Source: Octopus vulgaris (Eukaryota). Taken from it: 64,000 bases of DNA. The stretch spans positions 12,152,001 through 12,216,000 of the forward strand of contig OX597838.1 of assembly GCA_951406725.2 (NCBI GenBank), given 5' to 3'. The notes under the pieces are model-generated. The model had not been told where the DNA came from, ran no database searches, and worked only from the letters and a program-made list of their open reading frames with translations. Positions within the stretch are counted from its first letter, which is position 1. Every line of letters begins with the position of its first letter. The translations under genes and the position numbers were made by a program. Of the stretch, positions 1 to 14,650 are shown piece by piece.

Positions 1-524
1 ACTTCCTGTATGGTCTATTGCCAACGCCCCCTGAAAGGCGGGGTCGGCATACCGAACTTGTTGATGTCTAAACGCGCTGACACTGTATCGCCTACCAATT
101 TTCAGAGAGTGAACAGGTGTATTCTCCGTTAGGATGTTTTCCTCAGTTCGTCTCTTTGACAAAGCTGCAGTCTTGAAACAAGGGGAAAACCAAGACTAGG
201 TACCTAAAATGTCGTCGGCGCTCACCACCCTCTACGATCATACGAGCGGTGCAAGTTCTACATTATGTAGAAAGTTAGTAGCGGAAAAAAGCGACGATGT
301 TCTCAACCTCGAGGCCTCAACGAAAATCAACTGGCTTGTCAGTTCCGGCGGACTTTTGAGAAGTCAAAAGTTACCCGTGTTAAAAGCGTGTTCTCTTGTA
401 GTTTGGAGGTTTGATTTTGGTCGCTCCAGTTTGTCTTTCTTGAGTTACTTGTACTTCTAGGATCCATGAGTTAGGAAAACTATCAAAAGATTTTTGATAA
501 TCGATCCAAGCCTTCTCCCTTCTT

Positions 525-890
525 CCTTCTGCAACTGTCTTCAATTATGGCTTTATTAATCAATAGCTGATCTCGACAGCCGTATGAGCCCTTGCAGCAT
601 CCCTTCTGGCCTTCTGGAAATAGGTTGTTTTCCCATTCTCTGTGATATTATTGCAGTAAAGGCTTTGTAAATTGTCGGAAGACAAGTTATCGGTCTGTAA
701 TTTTGTGGGTTTGCCGTTTCAGTGGATTTGGGAATTAGGGTAGTTTTCCATTCCGTGAGCCATTCAGGCATTGTCACTGGCTCTGCCAGTACTTCATTAA
801 ATTTTCAGCCAGCTGTCTATGTGTTCCTGTTAGATATTTTAACCAGAAGTTAGGGATCTTGTTGTGTCACGGTGCCTTCCAGTAGCTTAT
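525..890 (-). mobile_element. R4/Dong-clade non-LTR retrotransposon, reverse transcriptase N-terminal fragment (frameshifted)
   Basis: Minus-strand translation gives WKAP*HNKIPNFWLKYL...PEWLTEWKTTLIPKSTETANPQNYRPITCLPTIYKAFTAII...LFPEGQKGCCKGSYGCRDQLLINKAI, matching the RT domain 0-2 pattern of RLE-type LINEs. Lies next to a long (ATT)n tract, which reads (TAA)n on the element strand. Confidence 0.85.
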
Positions 891-985
891 TTTTTTTTCA
901 ATATCTGAATGACCCCTTCAGTTGATATAGGAGTCCAGATTTGTTCGGGTGCTGTGTTTGTTGTTTTGATAGATCTTTTCTGAGG

Positions 986-1575
<590 letters not shown>

Positions 1576-1913
1576 TGTGTTTATAATCATCATCATCCTC
1601 TAACTTGTCGTGGACATCATCGTCACCATCATCCTCATCATTTACAAACTCGTAACCTACTCCTCTACTCCACACCCTTCCTCAACTACCTCTTCCTTCT
1701 GCAATCCAACATCCACACCTCCTTGCCTCCTAAGCACCTCTGTAATACCATCGAACTGCCCTTCCCTCCCCCCTCCTCTTATCATCTTCCCCACTCATCG
1801 TCGTTGTCTCATTTACCATTTGTTTACATCAACATCATGGCGTCAATGATACTTCGACTCAGGTGTCATTTTGTATGCAACAGGACTCCAGCTGTCCCAT
1901 TGCATACACGTAT

Positions 1914-1944
1914 TAGTAGCAGCAGCAGCAGCAGCTGCAGCAGC

Positions 1945-2009
<65 letters not shown>

Positions 2010-2140
2010 TAGTAGTGGTAGTAGTAGTGGTAGTAGTAGTGGTAGTAGTAGTGGTAGTGGTAGTAGTAGTGGCAGCAGCGGCAGTAGTAGTAGTAGTAGC
2101 AGCAGCAGTAGTAGTAGTAGTTGTAGTAGTAGCAGTAGTA
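1914..2140. repeat. Compound (AGC)n/(AGT)n/(GGT) microsatellite
   Basis: Direct reading. Confidence 0.97.
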
Positions 2141-2299
2141 ATTGATGATGTTATCATGTGGTCCCCGGGTGGGCACCAACCCACAACACAAAGATACAAC
2201 GTAGGCCGAACGAATGAGGCGCCAACCCAGAAATTCATCTTGGGTGAAGGCCATATCTGGACACTGCCATATTGCAGCAATCAAAATCACATCGTGTTT

Positions 2300-3095
2300 C
2301 GACGGTAGTGGTAGCGGCGATGGTCGTGGTGGGAGCGGTGGTGGCGGAAGAGATGGTGGTGTTAACGGTGGTGGTGGAAGCGGTGGTGGTGGTGGGAGCG
2401 GTGGTGGTGAGAAGAATGATTGCTGCAGCGGGGCGGCGTTGATGATGACGGTCAAGATTGTGGTGGAAGTCTTAATGACTCGTTCGGAAATGATCCTCTA
2501 ACATCTCGCCCTTAACTAATGGGCCGCACTAGTGGTGGCCGTGGGAGTAAGGTGGTATTGACCATGTCGATGGTGGTGGTGGTGGCAGTGATGGAGGTGG
2601 CAGCAGCGGTGACAGCAGTGAGGTGTGGTAGCCATGGCGATGGTAGTGGCGTCGTCGGCGGTGGCGGCGTTCGTGTCGGTGAAGACAGTGGTACCGGAAA
2701 TGGAGACGGTATTGGTGGTAGAGTGGTGGTGGTGGTGGTAGTGGTGGTGGCGGTAGTAGTGGTGGTGGTGGTGGTGGTGGTGGTGGTGGTGGTGGTGGTA
2801 GTGGTGGTGGTGGTGGTGGTGGTGGTGGTGGTGGTGGTGGTGGTGGTGGTGGTGGTGGTGGTGGTAGTGGTGGTGGCGGTAGTAGTGGTGGTGGTGGTGG
2901 TGGTGGTGGTGGTGGTTGTGGTGGTGGTGGTAGGTAGTAGTGGTGGTGGTGGTGGTGGTGGTAGTGGTGGTGGCGGTAGTAGTGGTGGTGGTGGTGGTGG
3001 TGGTGGTGGTTGTGGTGGTGGTAGTGATGGTGATGGTGGTGGTGGTGGTTGTGTTTGTGGTGGCGGTAATGGTGACGGTAATAGTAGTGGTATTG

Positions 3096-3128
<33 letters not shown>

Positions 3129-3282
3129 AGTGGTGGTGGTTGTGGTGGTTGTGGTAGCGGTGGTGGTGATGATGGCGATGATGGTGACAGTGATGGTAGT
3201 GGTGTTGGTTGGTGGTGGTGGTGGTGGTGGTGGTGGTGGTGGTGGTGGTGGTAGTGGTGTTGGTTTTGTATTGCCGTTGTTG

Positions 3283-3314
<32 letters not shown>

Positions 3315-3322
3315 GGTGGTGG
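2300..3322. repeat. (GGT)n-rich low-complexity region
   Basis: Direct reading; near-pure (GGT)n at about 2720-3320. Confidence 0.95.
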
Positions 3323-4019
3323 CAGAGGCGGCCGTTATATTGGCGGTAGCACGGGGGTGTTGTATTTGGTGTCAGTAGAGATCGCGGCATGGGCTGCGGT
3401 GTTGGCCGTTACTGGAGTGGTTCTTACACAATGTCAGATGTAAAGAAATTTTTAGAAAACTTTATAGTTTAATCGTTTAATCAAATCCTTTTCTAAAACT
3501 AATTATTTTTCATGATTTTATAAAAAAAATATATAATAATTGATTGATTTGTAAAATATTGTTGTTGCTGTTGTTGTATATATTAAGTGTTGTTGTTGTT
3601 GTAAATTAGGTATGTAAGATCGAAGGTTGATTGGACCTCTCATTAAGCTAACTACTAATTAAGGTTAATTTGTATAATTGACTTCACAGACTTTTTGATG
3701 CTCGTTTTGTGTCAGTGGCAGTGATGGCCGCCGTAACAGTGGTGGTGGTGGCCGTGGAATTGAAGAGGTGGTGGTGTCGGTGTTTGCAGGCTGCTGAGAA
3801 AACCTAAACAATAAAGTCATTAACAAACGTTCACATCACATCAACAACAACAACAACAGCAAAGAACATCAACAACAGTCACAATAATAACAACAGTTAT
3901 TACAGCCTGTCTGTATGGTTGGTACCGCCCGCTTGTAATTTCGGATGTTGCAAGAATTCGCGCGAAAATCGCAGATTTAACAAATAATAATGCATTCTGA
4001 ATATAATATGAAAGCGGGA

Positions 4020-4485
4020 AGTGAGAGAGAGAAAAGGAGAGAGAGAGATAGAATGGGAGAGAGACGGAGAAAGAGGCGGAGGGGAGAATGGAAGAACATG
4101 GGTGTGGGGGGTGGGGGTGGCGGGTAAAAGAGAGAAAGAGAGAATATGCGTGTGAGACAGAGATAATGACAAATAGAGGGAGAGAGAGAAAGAGCTTGCA
4201 TGAGAGGGAAAGTGAGTGAGAAAGTGAGTGAGAAAGTGAGGAAGAGAAAGAAAGTAATACAGAGAAACGGAGAGAGAGAAAGAGTGAAGGAGACAAAATG
4301 TTTGTAAGAGAGAGAGATTGAAGGAGAGAGAAAAGAGTGTATGTAAGAGAGAGGATAGAGTATGTGAGAGAGAGAAAGAGCGAGAGAGAGAGAGAGAGAG
4401 GAAGAAAAAGAGGAAGAGTGAGAAGGGAAGAGAGAGAAATGTAAGATTATGTTTGAGAGAGAGCAAAAGAGAGATAAAGAGGAAG
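4020..4485. repeat. Degenerate (GA)n polypurine tract
   Basis: Direct reading. Confidence 0.9.
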
Positions 4486-4855
4486 AGCTATCCATTGGTG
4501 GACTGGGAGCGGTTGACATTAAAATCGATAATTGTTTCGCCGTTGAAGAGGCAGAGGGGGGAGGGGGAGTGCCACTGCCAACAACAAAAAAAGTAAGGAC
4601 AACAATACAAGATCAACAACAACAACAACGACAACAACGACAATAACAACGATAATTAACATTTTCAAACATGGCCAGACGGAAATCAGTTTCGCAGAAC
4701 ATGGCTGCCACTGTCAATAACATCGACCCCGGGTTTAAAAGCGTGATGCTAAGATACTGCAAGGAAAATATGTTCGGTTATTCTACAGACCCTATCAAAC
4801 ACAAACTTGGAACATTATGAGAATATAGGATATGGATGTAAGTTGGCGGTAGCAA

Positions 4856-5056
4856 GGCGGCGAGCTGGCAGAAACGTTAGCACGCCAGGCGAAATGCGTA
4901 GCCGTAACTCGTCTGCCGTTACGTTCTGAGTTCAAATTCCGCCGAGGTCGACTTTGCCATTCATCCTTTCGGGGTCGATGTAATCGACTTAATCCGTTTG
5001 TCTGTCCTTGTTTGTCTCCTCTCTGTGTTTAGCCCCTTGTGGGTAGTAAAGAAATA
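4856..5056 (+). mobile_element. SINE family A (tRNA-like head), internally deleted copy
   Basis: Head GGCGGCGAGCTGGCAGAAACGTTAG, B-box-like GAGTTCAAATTCC, central GCC(A/T)TTCATCCTTTCGGGGTCGAT, tail GCCCCTTGTGGGTAGTAAAGAAATA. Probable TSD ggtagca/ggtagta. Confidence 0.9.
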
Positions 5057-5149
5057 GGTAGTATGGGGTTGTTGTATTTGGTGTCAGTAGAGATCGCAGT
5101 ATGGGCTGCGGTGTTGGCGGTTACTAGAGTGGTTCTTACACCATGTAAA

Positions 5150-5727
5150 GAAAGTGAGGGCAAGTTGTGAATGTTTTACGTTGGAAGTTTTGTGAGAAAT
5201 GTGGGTTTGAAGCAGAAAGTACATGGTGCAATCATCGGGTAGAAAGAGTACCCGAGTCGGAAACATGCAAGATTTGGTGAGATTTTCCAACTCAAACGGA
5301 AAAGAAGAGACAGCATAAAAAGCGTGGTAACAGAACAATAGACAAGGAAAATCGATTTTGCTTACTGATTGATCTGTCATATCCATTTGATTCCAGCACT
5401 GTGAAGAAAAGGGATGAATTTTAAAAATACAATCCCTTAAAATATGAGATTGCGAGATTTTGGAACATGAAATCTATAAAAGTGGTACCTGTGATAATTG
5501 GTGCATTAGGGGCTGCTGTGAGTGACGATATATAGACAAATGGTTAATGAAGGTTGGAATGGGGTGGAATATAATAGTTCTGCCGAAGACTTAACTTTTA
5601 GGAACAGGAAAGATCAGAAAAGTTTTGAACACTTGATAGCTTATTGAAATCATGTGGTTAACTAAATTTACAAGGAGTAACCCGTAACCCACATAAATTC
5701 TACCACAACTAAGACATATCCTGAGTC

Positions 5728-5760
<33 letters not shown>
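5150..5760 (+). mobile_element. R4/Dong-clade LINE 3' end: restriction-like endonuclease domain, 3' UTR and (TAA)n tail
   Basis: Translates with stops to ...ESETCKIW*DFPTQTEK...DKENRFCLLIDLSYPFDS...KYNPLKYEIARFWNMKSIKVVPVIIGALG, the C-terminal RLE pattern; followed by (TAA)n at 5729-5760. Confidence 0.85.
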
Positions 5761-5761
<1 letters not shown>

Positions 5762-6315
5762 TGCCCTGATACAGTACCAGACAGTGGCTCTCATGACTTC
5801 TGATCTTAACTGATTGGAAGCGTTATCATGTACATTGTTTTGTCTTTGTATAAAAGATGGGCTACAGCAAATATTCCGCTCAATACCACAGATTTGCTTG
5901 TCAGTCGTTTGACCTTAACCAGTTGAGGATATCCCTTAGTGGCTGACGATATGTGCATCTCTGATCAAGAGCAGAAGTAGTGGGGGAGCATCTTGACTAT
6001 GTGTTGAGAGGGATTCTTTGGGGTTTGAATAATTCACGTCTGGAAACATCGGTGTTTTGTTCATCATCCTTAAACAACCCTTATTCAGGGACCTTCTGAG
6101 CAGGATGGGATACTCAAGCTGAAGAAAATTCGAACTGGGACCTAGCTGCAAGGTCATGCACTGTTTATCTTGATACGAGATGACCATGTCGCGCACATAA
6201 GGTTGTGATGCATGTGCCTGGTGTACCCTTATCAGATGGGTAGTCATGATGGGTATACTGGGCTTCGTATATTTTACCCCAGTGTCATTTTGATGGCATG
6301 CACTGCTCTCTCACT
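5762..6315 (+). mobile_element. ~555-bp non-coding interspersed element flanked by (TAA)n/(GAT)n, copy 1
   Basis: Reverse-complement match over its full length to 43001-43556; strand assigned from the (TAA)n orientation. Confidence 0.85.
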
Positions 6316-6338
6316 GAATGATGATGATGATGATGATG

Positions 6339-6417
<79 letters not shown>

Positions 6418-6765
6418 TAATAATAATACAGTTTCAGCAATCTACCCCAAAAGGTGCATTCTCATAAACAGAGTCCAGGCCTTTCCTTCATGTGAAAACT
6501 TTGTTCTAGGATTAGTCGGAGATTTTGGATTAAAATTAGGATTAAGGGTAGGGTTAGGATTTACTGAGTTAAACTTGTAAACATAGGATGGCGTAGAAAT
6601 GGAGACTGAAGAAGAACTACAAAGAAGAACCAACATCATCTTATCTAATATATATATACATACACACAAACACATACAGAGACACACATACACGCATTCG
6701 TACAAACATACTTTATATACATACATACGCGTGTATGTACGTATATACATATATAAATGTGCGTA

Positions 6766-6801
<36 letters not shown>

Positions 6802-6856
6802 TGAGTGTATTTTTCCAAACATGCTGTATCGAAGAATGACTGTGTTCAGATTTAAG

Positions 6857-7229
<373 letters not shown>

Positions 7230-7844
7230 GTTATGGTAAACTGAATGGTCCAGCATTACGTATAGATCTGCAAAACATACGTGTGCGCGTGTGCGGACAT
7301 AAAGATGAAAGGAATTGAGAGCTTTGTGCGCATGTACATCTGTGTGTGTGTGCGTCTGTGTGTGTGTGTGTTTGTGTGTGTATGTGTGTGTGATTGTGTG
7401 TTTATGTACCTGCGCATGCGTGTGTGTGTGGAGAGAGAGAGGCGGAAAGAATCAAGCATACATATATGTATGTGTTAATATATTATACATGTCATTATAC
7501 ATATATACACACACAATTTTTACCAGTAATATTATGATCCGAATGTCAGTCGAAATAAAGAGCATTCAGTATGTATTGTTGAGCAAATAATATGTTTTAT
7601 ATACTGTAATAGTTAAACTTGGCTGCTATTCCATTACTTGAAATTTCATACCATTTAGAGTAATCTTCAAGCCGTGGTCCGCGTGTCACCCGTCTGCTAC
7701 AAAAAGCATGCTCCCGTCGCATCAAAACTTGAGGATAGAATTATGTCACCCCAACTAGCCCTTTCTCTTTAACATCATGTCAAGATACACAAAGGGAAGA
7801 AATGATCTCATAACATTCAAATGGTTTCTGGAAGAATATCTCCA

Positions 7845-8294
7845 ACAAAGGTAAAGTCGTACGTACACGGCGGTATTTGAAATAAGATCGAAGTGACGGG
7901 CGAAATACCTATTTCTTTATTACCCACAAGGGGCTAAACATAGAGGGAACAAACAAGGACAGACATAGGTATTAAGTCGATTACATCGACCCCAGTGCGT
8001 AACTAGTACTTAATTTATCGACCCCGAAAGGATGGAAGGCAAAGTAGATCCCGGCGGAATTTGAAACTAATAAAAATAATTATTATTTCAATTTTTTTTT
8101 ACAAAGGTAAATTGGGAGAGGTGGGGAAAAGTCAATTACTTCGATCCGTCTTCAAATGGTACTTATTTTATCAACTCCGCAGGTATGAAAGGCAAAAGTG
8201 ATCTCAGCAGAATTTGAACTCAGAATGTAGCGACGGGCGAAATACTGCTAAGCATTTTGTCCACCGCGCTAACGATTCTGCCAGATCGCCGCCT

Positions 8295-8295
<1 letters not shown>
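7845..8295 (-). mobile_element. Cluster of SINE family A copies (about 7845-8065 and 8130-8295)
   Basis: Reverse-complement matches to the family A head, core and tail. Confidence 0.85.
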
Positions 8296-9058
<763 letters not shown>

Positions 9059-9529
9059 TAACGAGAAAATTATGAGCGAGCCATCCCTACTGCAAATATC
9101 TGTAAAGGTATCAATTCGTAAAAGTTATGTCAAGTGGAAGGGAAAAAAAAGCCTGGCAGCTTTGTATGAGTTTTCCAGGAGAATATTATGGAGAATGGCA
9201 GAGGTTAAGGCACTGCCTGAAGACTTTTGTATTTATTCCTGGTTCTGGTGTGTTTGGTAATTAAAGAGAGAGAGAGAGCGGGAGAGAGAGAGAGGGGAGA
9301 GTGAAGGAGAGAGAGAGAGAAAGAGAAGAAAATATCTGAAGAAATGGATATGAAAAAGAGCAAAAGATATTGATGTGGATTGATAGAGTGAAATAGTTGA
9401 AGGGAGAGAGAGAGAGAGGCAGGGAGAGAGACAGACAGACAGACAGAGGGAGAAAGAGGGAGAGAGAGAGAGAAAAAATGAAGGAGGTAACAGAACAGCA
9501 AAGAGGAAAGTTTACTGACTGCGAAGGTG

Positions 9530-9658
9530 CTGGCTGGGTTTCGGTCCCACTCCTTGGCATCTTTGGCAAGTGTCTTCCATTTTAGCCCTGGCTGATCGAT
9601 GCCTTGTGGTGAGTGAATCTTGGTAGACGGAATTTGCATGGAAGCCCGTGTATGTGTG

Positions 9659-9709
<51 letters not shown>

Positions 9710-9885
9710 ACACACACAAGCACACACACATACGACGGGCTTCGTTCAGTTTCCTTCTTCGAAATTCATTCACAAGGCTTTTTGCCGACCCGAGGCTATT
9801 GTAGACAATACTTGCCCCTACAGTGAGGCTGAACCCGCAACCATGAGGTTGAAAAGTAAACATCTTCCACACAGCCACGCCTGAA
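9530..9885. mobile_element. Two SINE family C halves in inverted orientation (9530-9650 plus; 9733-9885 minus) around a (TA)n/(CA)n tract
   Basis: Both match the 5' part of the full copy at 60921-61326, including GGCAAGTGTCTT and GAAGCCCGT. Confidence 0.8.
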
Positions 9886-9965
9886 AAATATCCGAGTATT
9901 TTATTCTCAAGTTTGGTATACCAGAAAGAATATGTCAAGGTGAATGAAAGGGAAGTTCTGGTAGC

Positions 9966-10039
<74 letters not shown>

Positions 10040-10046
10040 CAGCAGT

Positions 10047-10418
10047 GGAGGCGCAATGGCCCAATGGTTAGGGCAGCGGACTCGCGGTCGGAGGATCGCG
10101 GTTTCAATTCCCAGACCGGGCGTTGTGTGTGTTTATTGAGCGAAAACACCTAAAGCTCCACGAGGCTCCAGCAGGGGCGTGGGGGTGGCGACCCCTGTTG
10201 CACTCTTTCGCTCCAACTTTCTCTCACTCTTTCTTCTTCCTGTTTCTTGTCCCCGACTTCCTACGCAACCGTTGAGCCTGGATGCGCATTCATCCATCTG
10301 TCGATGCTCTCGGTGTTGGGGGTTGACCTGCTTTCTCTTCTGCGGGTCTTACGAATAGCAAAGGACCACGTTTCGGACTTCTCCCATCTTGCGAGCTCTG
10401 GGACGAAGACCGTTCGCT
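10047..10418 (+). mobile_element. SINE family B (tRNA-derived head), tail type 1
   Basis: A box TGGCCCAATGG and B box GGTTTCAATTCC; head shared with 31718 and 34425. Confidence 0.88.
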
Positions 10419-10821
10419 CAACAGCAACCGCAACAGCAATAGCAGCAGCAGAAGCAGCAGTGGTAGTAGTAGTTGTTGTTGTTATTGTTGCTGTTGTTGT
10501 GGTTCCTTAGCTCCCCCCCTCCTCCGTCTACTTTTCACACTGCATGCATTTAGATGCTCCGGTGAGGCATCAGAGGTGGGATGAACGTTTTATAAGTGAC
10601 CCATCACGACCAACTGGTCATTTAAAGAACACCTCTTTATACAACTACATCCCGGAATGCTTTCCGTCCTTTTATTTTTACATAAACGTTCTGCGATATT
10701 TAAATCATGACGAATGGAATTGGCAAATCGTAGTCCTCCTGCTTCTTATTCCAGGAGATCGATATAAAAACGAATCATTGCCGAATGCTCATAAGTTCAT
10801 CTCAAAAGGATGCATATTTAA

Positions 10822-11410
10822 GGTGGTAGGCTGGCAGAAACGTTAGCACGCCGGGCGAAATACTTAGCGGTATTTCGTCTGCCGTTACGTTCTGAGTTCA
10901 AATTCCGCCGAGGTCGACTTTGCCTTTCATCCTTTCCGGGTCGATAAATTAAGTACCAGTTACGCAGTGGGGTCGATATAATTGACTTAATCCGTCTTTC
11001 TGTACTTGTTTGTCCCCTCTATGTTTAGCCCCTTGTGGGTAATAAAGAAACAGGTATTTCGTCTGCCGTTACATTCTGAGTTCAAATTCCGCCGAGGTTG
11101 ACTTTGCCTTTCATCCTTTCCGGGTCGATAAATTAAGTACCAGTTACGCAGTAGGGTCGATGTAATCCGTCTTAATCCGTCTGTCTTTCCTTGTTTGTCC
11201 CCTCTATGTTTAGCCCCTTGTGGGCAATAAAGAAATAAGAATCGTTAGTACGCCGGCACAGTACTTACTTGGCGATATTTCGTCCATCTTTACGTTCGAG
11301 TTCAAATTCCACTGAGGTCGACTTTGCCGTACTTCCTTCCGAGGTCGATAACAAGAGTACCAGTTGAACATTGGGGGGGGGGGGGGTCGACGTAACCGAC
11401 TTACTCCGGA
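10822..11410 (+). mobile_element. Head-to-tail array of three SINE family A units
   Basis: Units start at about 10822, 11053 and 11239; the third is more diverged. Confidence 0.88.
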
Positions 11411-11449
11411 ATTGCTGATCTTTTGCTAAAATTTGAAGATAATACCTGT

Positions 11450-11672
11450 TTCTTTACTGCCCACAAGGGGCTAAACACAGAGAGGACAAACAAGGACAGA
11501 CAAACGGATTAAGTCGGTTATATCGACCCCAGTGCGTAACTGGTACTTATTTAATCGAGCCCGAAAGGATGAAAGGCAAAGTCGACCTCGGCGGAATTTG
11601 AACTCAGAACGTAGCGATAGACGAAATACGGCTACGCATTTCGCGCGACGTGCTAACGTTTCTGCCGCCTTT
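11450..11672 (-). mobile_element. SINE family A with 19-bp target-site duplication
   Basis: ATTTGAAGATAATACCTGT at 11431-11449 and 11673-11691. Confidence 0.92.
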
Positions 11673-12219
11673 ATTTGAAGATAATACCTGTAGATAGGGA
11701 TGTATTAAGCTGTCAGATATCTTTCTTCGCTCCATTTATTTTAATCTTCTTCGATGTTATATGAATCACCACAAAAATATTTCTATCAGACTATTTTATG
11801 GACTTTGTGGCTCTGCTCTTCTTTTACAATGTTAATCTATCGTTTCTACAATTCGAATAACTTTGACTTCTTTTCACACATATAATGATTGAGTGCCAAG
11901 TGCCAAGTAGAAAAACAAGAACGAACGGATTGATCTGATAAACCAATATTAACTTGTATATATATATATATATATATACATATATGTTAAAAAAATTTAA
12001 CAACTTTGTATTATTATAAAAATAGATATGGCTGAGTCTCCACGTGAAGCTGCAATTAGTATACCCGCTATTGTGGATGTAAATACCTTTGCAACCTACC
12101 ACGTCAATAAAATGAAAGAAGGTGTCAGTAAAAGCTTTTATAAATAAATACCTCCGTTCAACCACCATCAACCAGTTCTTCCCACTTCGATATATTTATA
12201 CTCACACACACACACACAC

Positions 12220-12262
<43 letters not shown>

Positions 12263-12394
12263 ATAACACACACATATTTATATTTACATATATGCACATA
12301 CATGTATGTGTGTGTATATATGCATATATATGCATGTGTATGTATATATGCATATATGTGTATCTTAGCATGCCTTCGCTGTTTAATTCAGATA

Positions 12395-12550
12395 CCTTGT
12401 TTTGTTTTCCTCCACTTTCTCGGTATCCTCATCTATCCATTCTCTAGAAAAGCGTAGGCACGATTTGCAGAAGACTTCCTCCATTTTTCCTCAGAGTAAA
12501 GTTAATACATTTGGTTTTTCGTTCTTTTACCGCGTCTTCGTGTTGCTTTT
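12395..12550 (+). mobile_element. Degenerate copy of HHR-bearing family D
   Basis: AGCGTAGGCACGA...AAGACTT...TAATACATTTG aligns by eye with 40176-40340. Confidence 0.55.
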
Positions 12551-12613
12551 TTAATTTCTTGAACACAGAGACACTCGGCGTTGCTCGGGATTAAAATGGC
12601 ATAGTTTGTATAT

Positions 12614-13031
12614 TACAAACTACAGTAGCATCAACCCTTAGGGGTTAGCCATATTTAAATGGCAAATATACGTCACGATGTGTTGCAGCTACTGTTTATA
12701 ACTCGCTCTAAGATTTATTATTGCTTGATTACACCTTTTCGATATCAGTGTCTTTACGATACTGGAAAAGGGATAAGTGTTTGTGAAGGGAACCAACTTT
12801 TCATCAACAACTGTGATTGTCACACGCCGATGACGGGTCAATACCCAGAAACTCGAGTCCGTATGTATCATAAGTTGAAGACGGGAAGGATGGCTTCCCT
12901 TTGCAAACACTGATAGGGCACAGAAAGTATGTCTAAAGCCAGCTGGAGGAGGTGTCCTCCTGGGGCTACAAACTACAGTAGCATCCACCCTTAGGGGTTA
13001 GCCATATTTAAATGGCAAATATACGTCACGA
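12614..13031. repeat. 65-bp direct repeat (12614-12678 and 12967-13031) around a ~290-bp spacer
   Basis: TACAAACTACAGTAGCATC(A/C)ACCCTTAGGGGTTAGCCATATTTAAATGGCAAATATACGTCACGA occurs twice with one mismatch. Confidence 0.95.
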
Positions 13032-13139
13032 ATATATTACAGTTATGTTGAAACAGGTGATATGGGAAAGTGCAGTATTGACAACAAAACATTTGTGGAG
13101 TAAATGATGGGCTATTTCGACTAAGCAACATGCTATGCG

Positions 13140-13610
13140 TCCGTTTGGAGTATTTCAGGCCCTAACATGTGGGGGTTGTGTGATTTTTGAATGCACCGAG
13201 AAGCTGTCAGTGGAAATACTCTCTTTTGCAGCAGTCGACACTGTCTAACATGACCCATCATCTGAAATGTTGACACCTCCTTCGGGTTTGTCGTCCTACA
13301 TCACTCATAAAGTAAATTTAGAGGAACTGTTTGTTCATTTGTGGGTAACAGGGAACCAATGAGGTGATAGACTTACCTTTGAACTTTGACGTCGTCATGT
13401 TTATCTATCTTCTTAGATGCACCAAACGATGTCATTTGCAGAGTTGTATTCTCTAATATTGTTCAAAAAAATCCTTTGACTGGATGGAAATACCTTCTAG
13501 AAGATCCATAAGAGGTTGACAAAGAGCTGGCAATGTTACCTGACCGCCTGTGCAGCACATACCATTTGTTTCATTTGAAAATTATAAAGTTCTACAGAAA
13601 AGACAATTTG
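13140..13610 (-). pseudogene. Helitron Rep/helicase N-terminal fragment (degenerate)
   Basis: Minus-strand frames give ETNGMCCTGGQVTLP, FLNNIREYNS, QMTSFGA, VYHLIGSLLP and QFL*IYF in the order typical of Helitron proteins; contains frameshifts and stops. Confidence 0.85.
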
Positions 13611-14550
13611 TGTTTAGCACACCAATTTGGACAGAGTTATTATTTTTATAAGAATGGGATGGATCATATCCATATCTAAAGACAGCTTCAGGAGTTGTGA
13701 AGAACGAATTTGTACATAGTCTGTTTCTGAGAGCTACTCTATTGGACCTCTGTCTCATACAATCTTCCTTGTGTTATACTTGTTTCTGGAGAGATTACGT
13801 CTTTTCTTTGGTGGCATATTTTTCCCAATAATGTAAACAAAAAATTATGAACATAGAAATAAATTATACATTAATCCTTACTTTTATAAGCAGTTGTATC
13901 CGTAAAAATTTTATTTGAAGAGAGCAGAAATTGAAAGACGATAAAGCGAAAAGAACAGAGAAAGAAGTGGACGTGTGTGTGTGAGTGTGTGTGTGTGTGC
14001 GTGTGTGTGTGTGTGCGTGTGTGTGTGTGTGCGTGCGTGCTTGCGCGTGTGTATGTGAGAGAGAAGGTGGGTGAGAAAGGGAGATAGAGTGAGTGAGTGA
14101 AAGTGTGTGTCGTGATGACTGACGTCTTTTAAGGTACACACACATATAGAAAATGTGACATCATCGTATAACATTTTTAGAATAGTTGATATATGGAAAA
14201 GATTATGTTAAATTTTTGAAATGCAAATATGTGAATGAAAATTAAGTTTAATTTGTAGCCAAAATAGTACCGAATCTTTTGATACCCCTACATGTCAAAA
14301 TCTATAACTCGGTTTTGGAGCACATAAGAAATATATAGTATCAATGAGGCAGACCTCTACATAGTAACTTGACCTGGTAGAAATAGCAGCCAAATCTCCC
14401 TCAAAACACCCAACTGTCTTAATCCGACAATTCTGCCTATTATGTAATTTGAATGAGAAACTGTAAGTAAAGATTAAGATTATTAATCCAACTGAGAGAG
14501 GAAAGACGAGAGACAGCATAGCGACGGTTTGGGCTGACTGTCATCTGATA

Positions 14551-14551
14551 A

Positions 14552-14649
<98 letters not shown>
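14551..14649. repeat. (GATA)n microsatellite
   Basis: Direct reading. Confidence 0.98.
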
Positions 14650-14650
14650 T

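Noticed and set aside
1-520. GC-richer unique sequence with an 83-aa ORF
   Set aside because: No recognisable motif; cut by the window edge
6520-6562. Telomere-like TTAGG/TTAGGG words
   Set aside because: Few and degenerate; not an array
7630-7678. Minus-strand TTGAAGA-T-TAC...GTA-T-GAA-ATTTCAAGT-A-ATGG
   Set aside because: C3 is lost and stem I is out of register; a possible decayed HHR but not supportable
10047-10125. tRNA-like sequence (also at 31718, 60921 and the SINE A heads)
   Set aside because: These run into shared repeat bodies and lack a complete cloverleaf, so they are SINE heads rather than tRNA genes
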